A stretch of 64,000 nucleotides of DNA, taken from contig JAMWCF010000001.1 in assembly GCA_023818695.1 (NCBI GenBank), positions 275,306 through 339,305 of the forward strand, in the 5' to 3' direction. Source of the DNA: Candidatus Omnitrophota bacterium. Its GTDB lineage: Bacteria > Omnitrophota > Gorgyraeia > 1-14-0-20-64-10. Positions 53,541 to 63,379 of this stretch are shown here, piece by piece. The notes under the pieces are model-generated. The model was not told the origin of the DNA. It did not search any database and saw only the letters and a list, made by a program, of their open reading frames with translations. The translations under genes were made by a program, and so were the position numbers. Numbering within the stretch: position 1 is the stretch's first letter; each line of letters opens with the position of its first letter.

Positions 53541-54735
53541 AATCTTAAGGGTGATCGCCCGGCTGAACGTGGGGGGCCCGGCCCATCACGTGGCGATCCT
53601 TTCCAGCGGCCTGGATGAAAACCGGTGGGAAACGATTTTGGCGGCTGGATCGGTCTCGCCGTCCGAGGGGGATGCCGGATACCTCCTTGAAAAATATCCA
53701 TGCCGGTTCATCCCCATCCCTTCTCTGCAAAGATCCGTACACCTGTGGAAAGATCCGGCGGCCTTCCTCCGAATCTTCCGGCTGCTGTGGAAGGAACGCC
53801 CCGATATCCTTCACACCCACACGGCAAAAGCCGGCGCCCTGGGCAGGAGCGCCGGGATTCTTTACCGACTCCTGACCGGCAGGAGACTCGTCATTGTTCA
53901 CACGTTTCACGGCCATGCCCTGGAGGGATATTTCAGCCGTCGGCTGAACCGTCTCTTCGCGGGAATCGAACGGCTCCTTGCCTTTGGGACGAATCGCCTG
54001 ATCACCGTCAGCGAGGCGGTCAAAGCGGATCTGACCGCCTTGAAGATCGCTCCGGCATGGAAGATCGAGGTGATCCCGCTGGGGCTGGATCTGGATCCGT
54101 TCTTCAAAATTGAAGCACAACCCCCTTCCAGTGAGAAAATCCGGATCGGCTTCGTGGGACGGCTGGTGCCGGTGAAGGAACCGGAGCTTCTTTTGAAAGC
54201 CCTCCGGAAACTAACCTCCTTCGAAGGATCCTCTTGCTTTGAGGCGGTCATCGTGGGGGACGGGGAGCTGCGGCTGGAAACCGAGCAAAAAGCCCGGCTC
54301 CTGGAACTAACCGACCGGGTCCGGTTCACCGGATGGCAAAAAGATCTCCTGCCGGTCTACGAATCCCTGGACATCCTGTGCCTCACCTCCCGGAACGAAG
54401 GAACGCCGGTCGCCGCGATCGAAGCGCTCGCCGCTTCCAGGCCGGTGGTCTCCACCGATGTCGGGGGAGTCCGGGAGATCCTCACCCAGACGTCGGTGAG
54501 CGGAGGAGGGCGGATCAAGAGCGGTTTCTCTGTGTGCGCGCACGGCATCCTCGTCCCGCCCGGCGACGCCCAGGAGCTGGCCAGAGGGCTGGCCTACCTG
54601 ATCCGGCATCCTGAACTGCGGCTGAACATGGGACAAGCCGGCAGGGAATTCGTCAGGGAAAAGTACACCTCCCAACGGCTGATTAGGGATATGGAAAAGT
54701 TTTATGAATCCCTGGTTTCCACTTCCGCTTCGTGA
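53518..54735 (+). CDS. Glycosyltransferase family 4 (GT-B, group 1)
   Basis: ILRVIARLNVGGPAHHV, HTHTAKAGALGR, and LTSRNEGTPVAAIEALAASRPVVSTDVGGVREIL. Confidence 0.85.
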   Translation: MEKTPKRKILRVIARLNVGGPAHHVAILSSGLDENRWETILAAGSVSPSEGDAGYLLEKYPCRFIPIPSLQRSVHLWKDPAAFLRIFRLLWKERPDILHTHTAKAGALGRSAGILYRLLTGRRLVIVHTFHGHALEGYFSRRLNRLFAGIERLLAFGTNRLITVSEAVKADLTALKIAPAWKIEVIPLGLDLDPFFKIEAQPPSSEKIRIGFVGRLVPVKEPELLLKALRKLTSFEGSSCFEAVIVGDGELRLETEQKARLLELTDRVRFTGWQKDLLPVYESLDILCLTSRNEGTPVAAIEALAASRPVVSTDVGGVREILTQTSVSGGGRIKSGFSVCAHGILVPPGDAQELARGLAYLIRHPELRLNMGQAGREFVREKYTSQRLIRDMEKFYESLVSTSAS

Positions 54736-54779
54736 TAAGATAACCCAACCGCAAACAATCAAGGGGGGAGAACCTTCTC

Positions 54780-55766
54780 ATGAAATTTCTTGTAACCGGG
54801 GGGGCCGGGTTTATCGGATCGCACCTGTCAGACTTACTCCTTCAGCAGGGGCATCAGGTCGTCGCCCTGGACAATCTCTCAACGGGACGCGTCGACAATA
54901 TCGCTCATGTGAGGAACAATCCCAATTTTCAGCTGGTGGTCGGCTCCATCCTGGATGAGCGCCTGGTGGACAAATACGCGGAGCGGTGCGACGGGATCTT
55001 CCACCTGGCTGCAGCGGTGGGGGTGGAGTTGATCGTCAAAAAACCGCTGGAATCCCTCTGGACAAACATCCGGGGATCCGAGGTGGTCCTGGAGATGGCC
55101 AACCGGTACCAAAAGAAGGTGATGATCACCTCCACGTCGGAGATCTACGGGAAAAATACCAACTCCTGTTTAAAGGAAGACGAGGACAGGATCCTCGGTT
55201 CACCGCTGAAGAGCCGCTGGTCCTATTCGACCTCGAAAGCGGTGGATGAGATCCTGGCTTACACCTACTGGAAAGAAAAGGGGTTGCCAACATTCATCGT
55301 TCGCCTTTTCAACACGGTCGGCCCCCGGCAAACGGGTCATTACGGGATGGTGATCCCGCGTTTCGTCCAGCAGGCGCTGAAAGGGGAACCGATCACCGTT
55401 TACGGCAACGGAAAGCAGTCCCGGTGTTTCCTCTATGTCGGCGATGCTGTCAGGGCGATGAGCGCCCTCATGGACCTGCCTACCTCGGCGGGAGAGGCCT
55501 TTAATCTCGGCAGCCAGGAGGAGGTGTCGATCCTTCAGCTGGCCCAGATGGTCATCGAATTGACCGGCAGCCGTTCCGAGATCCGGTTCGTCCCTTACAG
55601 CGAGGCATATGAAGCCGGCTTCGAAGACATGTTCCGGCGGGTCCCCGACATCAGCAAGGCCGGCTCGTTCGTCGGGTTCAAACCGACCAAGACTCTCAAG
55701 GAGATTTTACAAAGCGTCATCGCCTATTACCGGAAGGAACCAAGTTTAGTCGCAGCCGGCCGATGA
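54780..55766 (+). CDS. NAD-dependent NDP-sugar epimerase/dehydratase (UXS/ArnA-C-terminal-like SDR)
   Basis: MKFLVTGGAGFIGSHL, TSTSEIYG, YSTSK (YxxxK). GGGGGAG RBS lies upstream. Confidence 0.85.
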   Translation: MKFLVTGGAGFIGSHLSDLLLQQGHQVVALDNLSTGRVDNIAHVRNNPNFQLVVGSILDERLVDKYAERCDGIFHLAAAVGVELIVKKPLESLWTNIRGSEVVLEMANRYQKKVMITSTSEIYGKNTNSCLKEDEDRILGSPLKSRWSYSTSKAVDEILAYTYWKEKGLPTFIVRLFNTVGPRQTGHYGMVIPRFVQQALKGEPITVYGNGKQSRCFLYVGDAVRAMSALMDLPTSAGEAFNLGSQEEVSILQLAQMVIELTGSRSEIRFVPYSEAYEAGFEDMFRRVPDISKAGSFVGFKPTKTLKEILQSVIAYYRKEPSLVAAGR

Positions 55767-55774
55767 CGGCCGGT
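55755..55774 (+). other. GC-rich stem-loop spanning the stop codon of 54780..55766 (possible attenuator, weak terminator or mRNA-stabilising hairpin)
   Basis: GCCGGCCG-ATGA-CGGCCGGT forms an 8-bp stem (7 G:C plus 1 G:U) with a 4-nt loop. Only a moderately T-rich tract follows (TCCGGCTTCTTATGTTCTCTTT), so it is not a classical intrinsic terminator. Confidence 0.25.
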
Positions 55775-55785
55775 TCCGGCTTCTT

Positions 55786-57597
55786 ATGTTCTCTTTGGCT
55801 CCAATTCAACAGATCCTTCTGATCGGGGCACTCACCTGGCTGGCCTCCGACCTGCTCACCCCGTGGGTCCGGCGTTTCGCCGTTTCCGTCGGGTCCGTTT
55901 CGAAACCGGCGGACGACCGGTGGGGAAGGCGGGCCATCGGCCGGCTTGGAGGGCTTTCCATCGCCCTGGGATTCATGGGAACAACGATCTGGCTGATTCC
56001 GCAGGATGGACGGCTGATCGGTTTCCTTCTTGCCACCCTTCTGATGCTCGGCACCGGCTTGTGGGACGACATCCGTCGGCTGGCCCCCTTTTCCAAACTT
56101 GTCCTTCAGATTATGGCCGGTTGCTTTGTCGTCCTGGCCGGCATCCAGTTCCAGATCCCGGTCTTTCCCTGGCTGGGGGTGCCGCTGACGATCGGCTGGC
56201 TTGTCCTGATCATGAACGCGTTCAACCTAATGGACAACATGGACGGTCTGGCAGGCGGCATCGGCGTCATTGCGGCGATCTTCTGCGCCTGGCACGCGGT
56301 CAGGGCCGGCCAATGGACCGGTGCCGCCCTCTGCGCATCTCTGGCCGGAGCCACGCTGGGATTCCTGCGTCATAACCTGCCGCCGGCCAAAATTTTCATG
56401 GGAGATTCCGGAAGCCAGATCCTGGGACTCGGCCTCGGCACCCTGACGCTGATGGAAACTTGGCACACCCCCGCCCGCCTCCTGGGCATCCTGGCCATTC
56501 CCACTTTTCTGCTGGCGGTGCCGATCTTCGACACCTGTTTCGTCACCATCTCCCGGATCATCCACGGCAGGCATCCGTTCCAGGGAGGGACCGATCATCT
56601 CTCGCACCGGCTCGGAATCCTAGGGCTTACCACCCGGCAGGTGGTCTTTACGCTTTATGGCATCAGCGCCGGATTCGGGATGTTGAGCGTCGTCCTGGCC
56701 CACCAAAACCCGCTGGCAATCGCCGGCGTCTGGCTTCTCTCCATGGGACTGTTGCTGCTGGGAGGGATCTACCTGGCGAAGGTGAGGGTCTATGCTGGCC
56801 CCGCCGAGCCGGCAGCAGAATCCCGCACGATCCTGATCGAAACAATGCTGTTTCATAAGCGGCGAATCGCCGAGGTCATCATCGATTTCATCCTGATCTG
56901 CGCCTCTTTTGTCACCGCCCACGCCCTGCGGTTCGAGGCCAACCTGACGCCCGATCTGGTCGCGTTGATCCTGAAATCGCTGCCTTGGATCATTCTGCTC
57001 AAAATGTTCTGCCTCTTTTCCTGCGGTCTTTACCGGGGCCTGTGGCGGTATACCAGTCTGCCGGACCTCGTCAACATCTTCCGTGCCGTCACCTTCGGTT
57101 CCATGCTGTCGGCCCTGGTCGTCTTGTTCCTGTGGCGCTTTGAAGGATACTCGAGGGCCGTCTTCTTCATCGACTGGCTCCTGCTCTTCGTCACCATCAG
57201 CGGCTCCCGGGTCGCGGAACGCCTTTTGAATGAATGGATCCTGTCGCTGCGGCGGGACGCGGTTCCCGTGCTGATCGTTGGGGCGGGGGACACCGGAGAG
57301 CTGGTTCTGCGGCAGCTCAAACAGACGGAACATGGAAACAGGCGCGTCATAGGCTTCCTGGACGACGACCCCGAGATGCGCGGCAGCCGGATCCACGGGA
57401 TTCCCATCCTGGGCAACCGGGAAGAGCTGGGCGTCATCGTGCAGACATTCGGCGTCCGGGAAATTCTGATCGCCATCCCGCGCCCTCCGGCCCAGCTCCT
57501 TCAACAGATCCAGGCCTATTGCGAAGAAAACGGGATCGGCTGGATGGTCGCCACCACGCTGCCAACGGGGGAGTCGGCGGCCGTACCAAAGGAATGA
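55786..57597 (+). CDS. Fusion protein: WecA/WbpL-type polyprenyl-phosphate HexNAc-1-P transferase (MraY family) plus a C-terminal membrane/Rossmann-like module of the kind found at WbpM/CapD/WbaP N-termini
   Basis: N-terminal about 330 aa: WDD, NAFNLMDNMDGLAGG, FMGDSGSQ, DHLSHRL. C-terminal about 250 aa: TM segments with GLYRGLWRYTSLPDL, then VLIVGAGDTGELVLRQL...RVIGFLDDDPEMRGSRIHGIPILG. No dehydratase domain follows. Confidence 0.85.
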   Translation: MFSLAPIQQILLIGALTWLASDLLTPWVRRFAVSVGSVSKPADDRWGRRAIGRLGGLSIALGFMGTTIWLIPQDGRLIGFLLATLLMLGTGLWDDIRRLAPFSKLVLQIMAGCFVVLAGIQFQIPVFPWLGVPLTIGWLVLIMNAFNLMDNMDGLAGGIGVIAAIFCAWHAVRAGQWTGAALCASLAGATLGFLRHNLPPAKIFMGDSGSQILGLGLGTLTLMETWHTPARLLGILAIPTFLLAVPIFDTCFVTISRIIHGRHPFQGGTDHLSHRLGILGLTTRQVVFTLYGISAGFGMLSVVLAHQNPLAIAGVWLLSMGLLLLGGIYLAKVRVYAGPAEPAAESRTILIETMLFHKRRIAEVIIDFILICASFVTAHALRFEANLTPDLVALILKSLPWIILLKMFCLFSCGLYRGLWRYTSLPDLVNIFRAVTFGSMLSALVVLFLWRFEGYSRAVFFIDWLLLFVTISGSRVAERLLNEWILSLRRDAVPVLIVGAGDTGELVLRQLKQTEHGNRRVIGFLDDDPEMRGSRIHGIPILGNREELGVIVQTFGVREILIAIPRPPAQLLQQIQAYCEENGIGWMVATTLPTGESAAVPKE

Positions 57598-58841
57598 AGA
57601 TCCAGGAGGCCGCCAGGCGGCTGTCGGTTCTGCTCTGCTTCGTCATCCCGTTCTCCATCGCGGCGATTGAAATCCTTTTCCCGGTCCTCCTGACCGCCTG
57701 GATCATCGGCTGGGTGAGGACAAAACAGACGGTGTGGCGGCTGCCGGCTGGCCGCTCGATCCTGTCTCCCCTTGCTGTCTACCTGCTCCTGTGCGCGCTG
57801 TCGATTCTTTTCAGCTCACATCCCCGCTTGAGCATCGAGGGATTCTTCGAGAAAACGCTGGAATACCTCCTTTTCTTCATCATCCTGGCAGATCTGGCCA
57901 ACCATCCGAAGATGACCGAGCGGCATATCACCGCCCTGCTGGCAGCCGCCTTTCTCGTCTGCCTTTACGGCGTGGTGCAGGAGTGGGCCGTCAGCCGTTT
58001 CGTCGGGCCCGGGGTCGCGCTGGATCCGATCCGCGGTAAACCCCTCACCTACAACCGGATGATCGGCCCCTACTCCAACCCGATCGACCTGGCCACCTTC
58101 CTCATGGTGGCAGTCCTGCTGCTCCTTCCCCGAGCGGTTTCTTCCACCCGAGCGCACAAGGCGCTCTTATGGCCTTTGGGAATCCTGGCCGTCGGATGCA
58201 TCATCTGGACCGAGTCCAAAGGGGCCATACTCGGTCTTGGCTGCGGCCTCCTCCTGCTGTTCCTCATCGATCCTGCCGTGGCCCGCCTGAAGAGACTTTT
58301 GATTTTCTCTTTCATCGCGGCGACCATCTTTTTCTTCTTTAAAGATAAAGACCTGTTGGGCGCCTTCGTCCTAGCGGATCCCGGCACGCTGGAGCGTTCC
58401 ATCATGCTGGACACCGCCTGGCGGATGATCAAAGCCGAACCGCTGGTCGGGCATGGGCTGAACACCTTCATGGCCAATTACATGAGCTATGTCGCCGGCC
58501 CGAACCAGGGTCCCGCCTACGCGCACAACTGCTTCTTCCAGATCGCCGCGGAGACGGGACTGCCCTCCCTGTTCTTCTTCCTCCTGTCCCTCGTTCGCCT
58601 TTTCGAACAGCTGCTGCCGAAAACAGGGGAGCCGTCCACCCGGGCCGCTTTGACCGGCGCGGCGGCGGGCCTCTTCGGATTCCTGGTTCAATCCGCTTTC
58701 GACACTAATTTCTACTCCCTCCGGCAGGCCGTCCTGTTTTGGGCTTTGGCGGGAAGCGGAATCGGCTGCGCTTTCCGGCTTCTTCAAGATCAACGGCAAA
58801 GGCATGAATCCGGCGCCGTCGAAACAGCCGTCACCCGGTGA
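57594..58841 (+). CDS. O-antigen ligase/polymerase family membrane protein (Wzy_C domain; WaaL-like by context)
   Basis: WTESKGAILGLGCGLLLL and GPAYAHNCFFQIAAETGLPSLFFF, with multiple TM segments. ATGA overlap upstream. Followed by two GT9 genes. Confidence 0.8.
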   Translation: MKIQEAARRLSVLLCFVIPFSIAAIEILFPVLLTAWIIGWVRTKQTVWRLPAGRSILSPLAVYLLLCALSILFSSHPRLSIEGFFEKTLEYLLFFIILADLANHPKMTERHITALLAAAFLVCLYGVVQEWAVSRFVGPGVALDPIRGKPLTYNRMIGPYSNPIDLATFLMVAVLLLLPRAVSSTRAHKALLWPLGILAVGCIIWTESKGAILGLGCGLLLLFLIDPAVARLKRLLIFSFIAATIFFFFKDKDLLGAFVLADPGTLERSIMLDTAWRMIKAEPLVGHGLNTFMANYMSYVAGPNQGPAYAHNCFFQIAAETGLPSLFFFLLSLVRLFEQLLPKTGEPSTRAALTGAAAGLFGFLVQSAFDTNFYSLRQAVLFWALAGSGIGCAFRLLQDQRQRHESGAVETAVTR

Positions 58842-59788
58842 CCTCCGAACCTCGCTTGAAACGGATCCTGGCCGTCCGCAGCGACCGGATGGGGGATCTG
58901 CTCATGACCCTGCCGGCCCTCCACGCCATCCGCCAACGGTTCCCGCAGGCGGAAATAACTCTCCTTCTGCAAAACGGGCTGGAACCACTCCTGGAAGGCC
59001 ATCCGGACGTCGACAGGGTGGTGAGTTGGCGCCAATCGGAGGGAACCGGCTGGCTCTCCTCTCTCCGGTGGGCCGGTCGGCTGCGGCCTTTCCGGTTCGA
59101 TCTCGCCGTGATCTTCAATCCCACTCGCCTTTTTCACGTCGCATGCTTTCTGGCCGGCATCCCCCAGCGGATCGGTTATGGCCGAAAGTTCGGCTTTCTC
59201 CTGACCAAAACGATCCCGGATTCGAAAGCGGTCCGCAAAAGACACGAGGTGGAGTACAACCTGGAACTCTGCCGTCTGCTTGGGACCGACGACTCCCCGC
59301 CGGTTCTCCATCTTCCGGAACACCCCGAAGCCGGCCGGCGCGCGGAGCATCTTTTCGCCTCCCGCGGCATCCCGCTGGATAAAGCGCCGGTGGCCATCCA
59401 TCCATGGACCAGCAACCCCGCGAAAAGCTGGCCCGTGAGCGATTTTCAAACGCTCGTCGGGCTCCTGGTCCGAGCGAACCAGACCGTCATCATCATCGGC
59501 GTGCCCGAATCCCCGTCGCTCACGAAAGGGTGGGAAGAGGGGGCCTTCAACCTGTCCGGACAGATCCCGCTGGGGTTGCTGCCGCCGGTCTTAAGACGGT
59601 GCCGCCTCCTGATCACGAACGACAGCGGTCCGGCGCACGTCGCCGCGGGGGTCGGGACCCCCTCCATCATCGTGGCCCCGCAGGAGCACGCCGCTGTGCT
59701 CGAACGCTGGCGGCCATGGGGGACCCACAAGATCCTGCTTTCGCCGACGCCCGAGATGGTCTTCCAAACAGCCGAAGGAATGACATGA
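58838..59788 (+). CDS. Glycosyltransferase family 9 (heptosyltransferase-like)
   Basis: ILAVRSDRMGDLLMTLPALHAIRQRFP and LITNDSGPAHVAA. GTGA overlap upstream. Confidence 0.85.
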   Translation: MTSEPRLKRILAVRSDRMGDLLMTLPALHAIRQRFPQAEITLLLQNGLEPLLEGHPDVDRVVSWRQSEGTGWLSSLRWAGRLRPFRFDLAVIFNPTRLFHVACFLAGIPQRIGYGRKFGFLLTKTIPDSKAVRKRHEVEYNLELCRLLGTDDSPPVLHLPEHPEAGRRAEHLFASRGIPLDKAPVAIHPWTSNPAKSWPVSDFQTLVGLLVRANQTVIIIGVPESPSLTKGWEEGAFNLSGQIPLGLLPPVLRRCRLLITNDSGPAHVAAGVGTPSIIVAPQEHAAVLERWRPWGTHKILLSPTPEMVFQTAEGMT

Positions 59789-60852
59789 GGATTCTCATCG
59801 TCAACCCATACGGAATAGGGGACGTTCTTTTTTCGCTTCCTCTTCTCTACACGCTCCGTCAGGCCTTCTCAAACGGCTTCATCTCGTTCCTGTGCAACCG
59901 GCGAACGCACGAGCTGGTTTCCCTGTGGAGTTTCCTGGATCACACGGACGTTTTTGAGAAGGACGAATTCCGGACGGCGTGGCGCCGATCCAAGAAAGAG
60001 GGGATCCGGCACCTCCGGCAGGTGATCGGTTCCATCCGTGAAAAACGATTCGACCTGGTGATCGACCTGTCGCTCAACTGGCAGGTCGGGCTGTGCGCGC
60101 GGCTGGCCGGCATCACAACCCGGGTCGGGTTCGACTACCGGGGAAGGGGCCGGTTCCTCACCCATCGCCTGCGGATCACCGGTTTCCATGACAAACCGGT
60201 CTACGAGTATTACCTGGATCTCCTCTCCTTCCTGAACCTGGCCAAACCCCACGCAGTCCAGACCGACTTCCAACTGCCGGCGCCATATCTGGAGCAGGCC
60301 GATCTTTATCTGCAGCAGCAGGGGATCCGACAAGGAACCCGCTGCATCGGCATCGTGCCGGGCGGGGGGGTCAGCTGGGGGCCGAACGCTGTCTTCAAAC
60401 AGTGGCCCCCGGATTTCTTCGCGCGGACCGCCGACGAGCTGGCCCGCCGGCATCAGGCCGGCATCATCCTTTTCGGCGACGCCCGGGAAGCGGATCTTTG
60501 CCGCCGGATCGAACAGCGGATGGAAACGAAGCCGCTTGTGGTAGCTCCCGCCCCATCGCTGCCTCTCTTGGGAGGCCTCCTGCACCGCTGCGAGCTGGTG
60601 GTCGGCAACGACAGCGGGCCGATGCACATGGCCGTCTGCCTCGGGACAAAAACCGTCACCATCTTCGGCCCTGTGGACGGTTCCGTTTACGGACCGATGT
60701 CGCTCAAGCCGACTCACCGGCTCGCCGCCAAAGCGCTCGCCTGCAGGCCTTGCTACCAGCACTTTCGATTTCCGCCGTGCCCGTGGAATAACGCCTGCCT
60801 GCGGGAACTCGCCCCGGAAGAGATCCTTGCGGCCGCGGAAACGATTATGTAA
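59785..60852 (+). CDS. Glycosyltransferase family 9 (heptosyltransferase-like)
   Basis: MRILIVNPYGIGDVLFSLPLLYTLRQAF and VVGNDSGPMHMAV. ATG 59785 forms an ATGA overlap. The 59404..59784 part of the ORF is read-through over the upstream gene. Confidence 0.85.
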   Translation: MRILIVNPYGIGDVLFSLPLLYTLRQAFSNGFISFLCNRRTHELVSLWSFLDHTDVFEKDEFRTAWRRSKKEGIRHLRQVIGSIREKRFDLVIDLSLNWQVGLCARLAGITTRVGFDYRGRGRFLTHRLRITGFHDKPVYEYYLDLLSFLNLAKPHAVQTDFQLPAPYLEQADLYLQQQGIRQGTRCIGIVPGGGVSWGPNAVFKQWPPDFFARTADELARRHQAGIILFGDAREADLCRRIEQRMETKPLVVAPAPSLPLLGGLLHRCELVVGNDSGPMHMAVCLGTKTVTIFGPVDGSVYGPMSLKPTHRLAAKALACRPCYQHFRFPPCPWNNACLRELAPEEILAAAETIM

Positions 60853-60865
60853 CATACTGTAGACA

Positions 60866-62434
60866 ATGAAGATGCGCCGTCTCTCCATAGACCCTTTCCT
60901 TCTCCTCATCGTCGGCTTCGCGACCGTTTTCCTCCTGGCCAACCTCGGTAACGGACGGCTCTGGCAGGATGAAGCGGAAACAGCCGTGCTGGGCAAAAAT
61001 ATCCTCCGGTTCGGCTATCCGAAAGCGTTCGACGGTGTCAACTGGGTGAACCCGGCCATGCCGGTCCGGGCGGGGGAGGCGTGGACCTATCATACCTGGC
61101 TTTCCATGTACGCGGCCGCCGCCTCTTTCTTCCTTTTCGGAACGACAACCGAAGCGGCCCGTCTGCCGTTCGCGCTGATGGGAGTCGCATCGGTGTGGCT
61201 GATGTACCTTCTGGCCAAACGGGCCGGGCCGGACAAACAGTTCGTCCGCTGGAGCACTTTTTCGCTGGTACTGTGCGTCCCTTTTGTCCTGCACATGCGG
61301 CAATGTCGCTATTACGCGCCGGCCGTCCTCTTCACTTTATGGACCCTTCTGGCTTACCTGCGTTTCCTCGAAGGGTGCCGCCAATCCCGCCTGGAACTGT
61401 TTTGCGCGCTCACCCTCCTCTTTCATTCCAGCCACGGGGTTTTCATCCCTGTCATGGCAGCCCTGCTGATCCATTTCTTCCTGCACCGTCCCGCGGCGCA
61501 GCCCGCGAAAAAAATCATCCCTCTTCTGTCATGGCTGGCCGTCACGACGGTCCCCTGGATCTTTTATCTGGATTCAGCCCAGCACCACCGAGGCACGATC
61601 GACTGGAGGGAGGTCAGCCGGCATCTGCAGTTTTACTTTCGGCAGATCAACAAATTCGTCTTCCCGGTGATCTTCTGGGGCGCCGCCGCCCTCCTGTGGC
61701 GAAAACGGTTCCGCGGCCTGTTCGGCGCCGCCGGCTCGGATTCCAGACGATTCTGGCAGCTGCAGGGGTGGCTGGCGGCGGCGGGACTGCTCTTTTTGAT
61801 CTTCATGCCGGAGCAGAGACACTTCAGGTATCTGGTTTTCCTCCTTCCGACCTTCGTGCTCCTGCAATCGGCTCTGTGGCTTCGGGTCGTCCGCAGCAAT
61901 GCCCTCATCGGCGTCCCGCTGGCGCTGCTCCTGCTGATGACCGACGCGCTCCATCATTCGGGGCTTTCCGTTCTCGCAGCGCAGATTCCGGCGGTCCGGC
62001 AACAGCTTTCATCGCCTGACACGCGGATCCGCTCCTTCCCGCTGGAATTGATCGGCGAGCTGACTCATCCCTACCGGGGACCGGTGGACGCGGTGGTTGA
62101 GCTCCTGCGGGCGAAAGGGAAGTCGGGGGAAACGGTCAAGACCCCCTACTCGGATCATCCGCTCATCTTCTACACGGAGCTGAAGGTGGAGCCGCTGCGC
62201 AGCACGGAGGATTTCATGAAGGAAACCTTCCCGGAATGGATCGTCCTGAAAAAGGACTGGATCCCGGAAAACTTCCGCCAGACCCCTTATTACAGAAAGC
62301 TCCAGGAGCGCTACGGTGAGCTTCTCCTTGACGCCCCTGACATTCCCTGGCAGAATCGACCTGACCCCGGTTACCACCGTTTCCGGACCGACAGGAACGT
62401 CCCCCGAATCACCGTTCTTCGGAGAAAGGATTAA
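60866..62434 (+). CDS. GT-C fold membrane glycosyltransferase (ArnT-like, GT83/GT39)
   Basis: LWQDEAETAVLGKNILRFGYP first-loop acidic motif, ARLPFALMGVASVWLMYLLAKR, many TM segments, and a soluble C-terminal domain. Confidence 0.75.
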   Translation: MKMRRLSIDPFLLLIVGFATVFLLANLGNGRLWQDEAETAVLGKNILRFGYPKAFDGVNWVNPAMPVRAGEAWTYHTWLSMYAAAASFFLFGTTTEAARLPFALMGVASVWLMYLLAKRAGPDKQFVRWSTFSLVLCVPFVLHMRQCRYYAPAVLFTLWTLLAYLRFLEGCRQSRLELFCALTLLFHSSHGVFIPVMAALLIHFFLHRPAAQPAKKIIPLLSWLAVTTVPWIFYLDSAQHHRGTIDWREVSRHLQFYFRQINKFVFPVIFWGAAALLWRKRFRGLFGAAGSDSRRFWQLQGWLAAAGLLFLIFMPEQRHFRYLVFLLPTFVLLQSALWLRVVRSNALIGVPLALLLLMTDALHHSGLSVLAAQIPAVRQQLSSPDTRIRSFPLELIGELTHPYRGPVDAVVELLRAKGKSGETVKTPYSDHPLIFYTELKVEPLRSTEDFMKETFPEWIVLKKDWIPENFRQTPYYRKLQERYGELLLDAPDIPWQNRPDPGYHRFRTDRNVPRITVLRRKD

Positions 62435-63373
62435 ATGTTTTCGATTGTCATCCCGCTGTTCAACGAACAGGAGATCGTCCGGGAGCTGGTCGACAGGGTC
62501 CGAAGCGCCTGCGGCGGTCTGGGCATGCCTTACGAGATCATCGTCGTCAACGATGGCAGCACGGATGAAACCCTCCCGCGGCTTGTGGAGTTAAGCCGTT
62601 CCGTTCCTGAACTGCGCGTCATCCAATTGAGCCGCCGGTTCGGCCATATGCCGGCCTTGAGCGCGGGCTTGCGGGCGGCGAAGGGAGACGCCGTCATTGT
62701 CATGGACGGGGACCTCCAGGATCCTCCGGAGCTGATCCCGCAGTTTTACGCCCAATGGCGCGCCGGATCAGAGATCGTCTACGGCCTGCGCACCACCAGG
62801 CGAGAGCCGTTCCTGACTAGAAAGATGATCGCACTGTTCTACTGGCTCCTGGACAACCTTTCAGAAGTCCCGATCCCGAAACAGGTAGGCACCTTCTGCC
62901 TGCTGGACAGACGCATCGCCGACACCATCAACGCCATGCCGGAGCGGGAGCGGTATTTCGCGGGACTCCGGGCCTGGGCCGGCGGGACAACCTCCTTCGT
63001 GCGCTACGAGAGACAGCCCAGGGCCAGCGGCCCAAGCCGGGTCGGCATGGGAGGGATGTTCCGGCTGGCCCGGATCGCCCTGGTCTCCTTTTCCAAGGCC
63101 CCCCTGCGCTACGCGAGCCTCCTCTCCATCCTGTACGGTCTTGCCCTCTTCGTCATCGGCTCCTACGCTATCCTGACTCGGATCTTCACCGACCTAGCGA
63201 TACCCGGATGGGCCACCACCACCGCCCTGCTGGGGATGACCGGCTTCATCCAGGGCATCCTGCTGGCGATCATCGCCGAATACATCGCCGTCATCTTCGA
63301 TGAACTGAAAAAGCGCCCCCTGTTTCTGGTCCAACAGGAGTTCGCCAACGGCAAACCGGTCGGGCCCCGTTAG
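62435..63373 (+). CDS. Glycosyltransferase family 2, ArnC-like polyprenyl-phosphate sugar synthase with C-terminal TM segments
   Basis: MFSIVIPLFNE...VVNDGSTDET...MDGDLQDPP...VYGLRTTRREP. Two C-terminal hydrophobic segments. ATG follows directly after the upstream TAA. Confidence 0.85.
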   Translation: MFSIVIPLFNEQEIVRELVDRVRSACGGLGMPYEIIVVNDGSTDETLPRLVELSRSVPELRVIQLSRRFGHMPALSAGLRAAKGDAVIVMDGDLQDPPELIPQFYAQWRAGSEIVYGLRTTRREPFLTRKMIALFYWLLDNLSEVPIPKQVGTFCLLDRRIADTINAMPERERYFAGLRAWAGGTTSFVRYERQPRASGPSRVGMGGMFRLARIALVSFSKAPLRYASLLSILYGLALFVIGSYAILTRIFTDLAIPGWATTTALLGMTGFIQGILLAIIAEYIAVIFDELKKRPLFLVQQEFANGKPVGPR

Positions 63374-63379
63374 CTTCCC

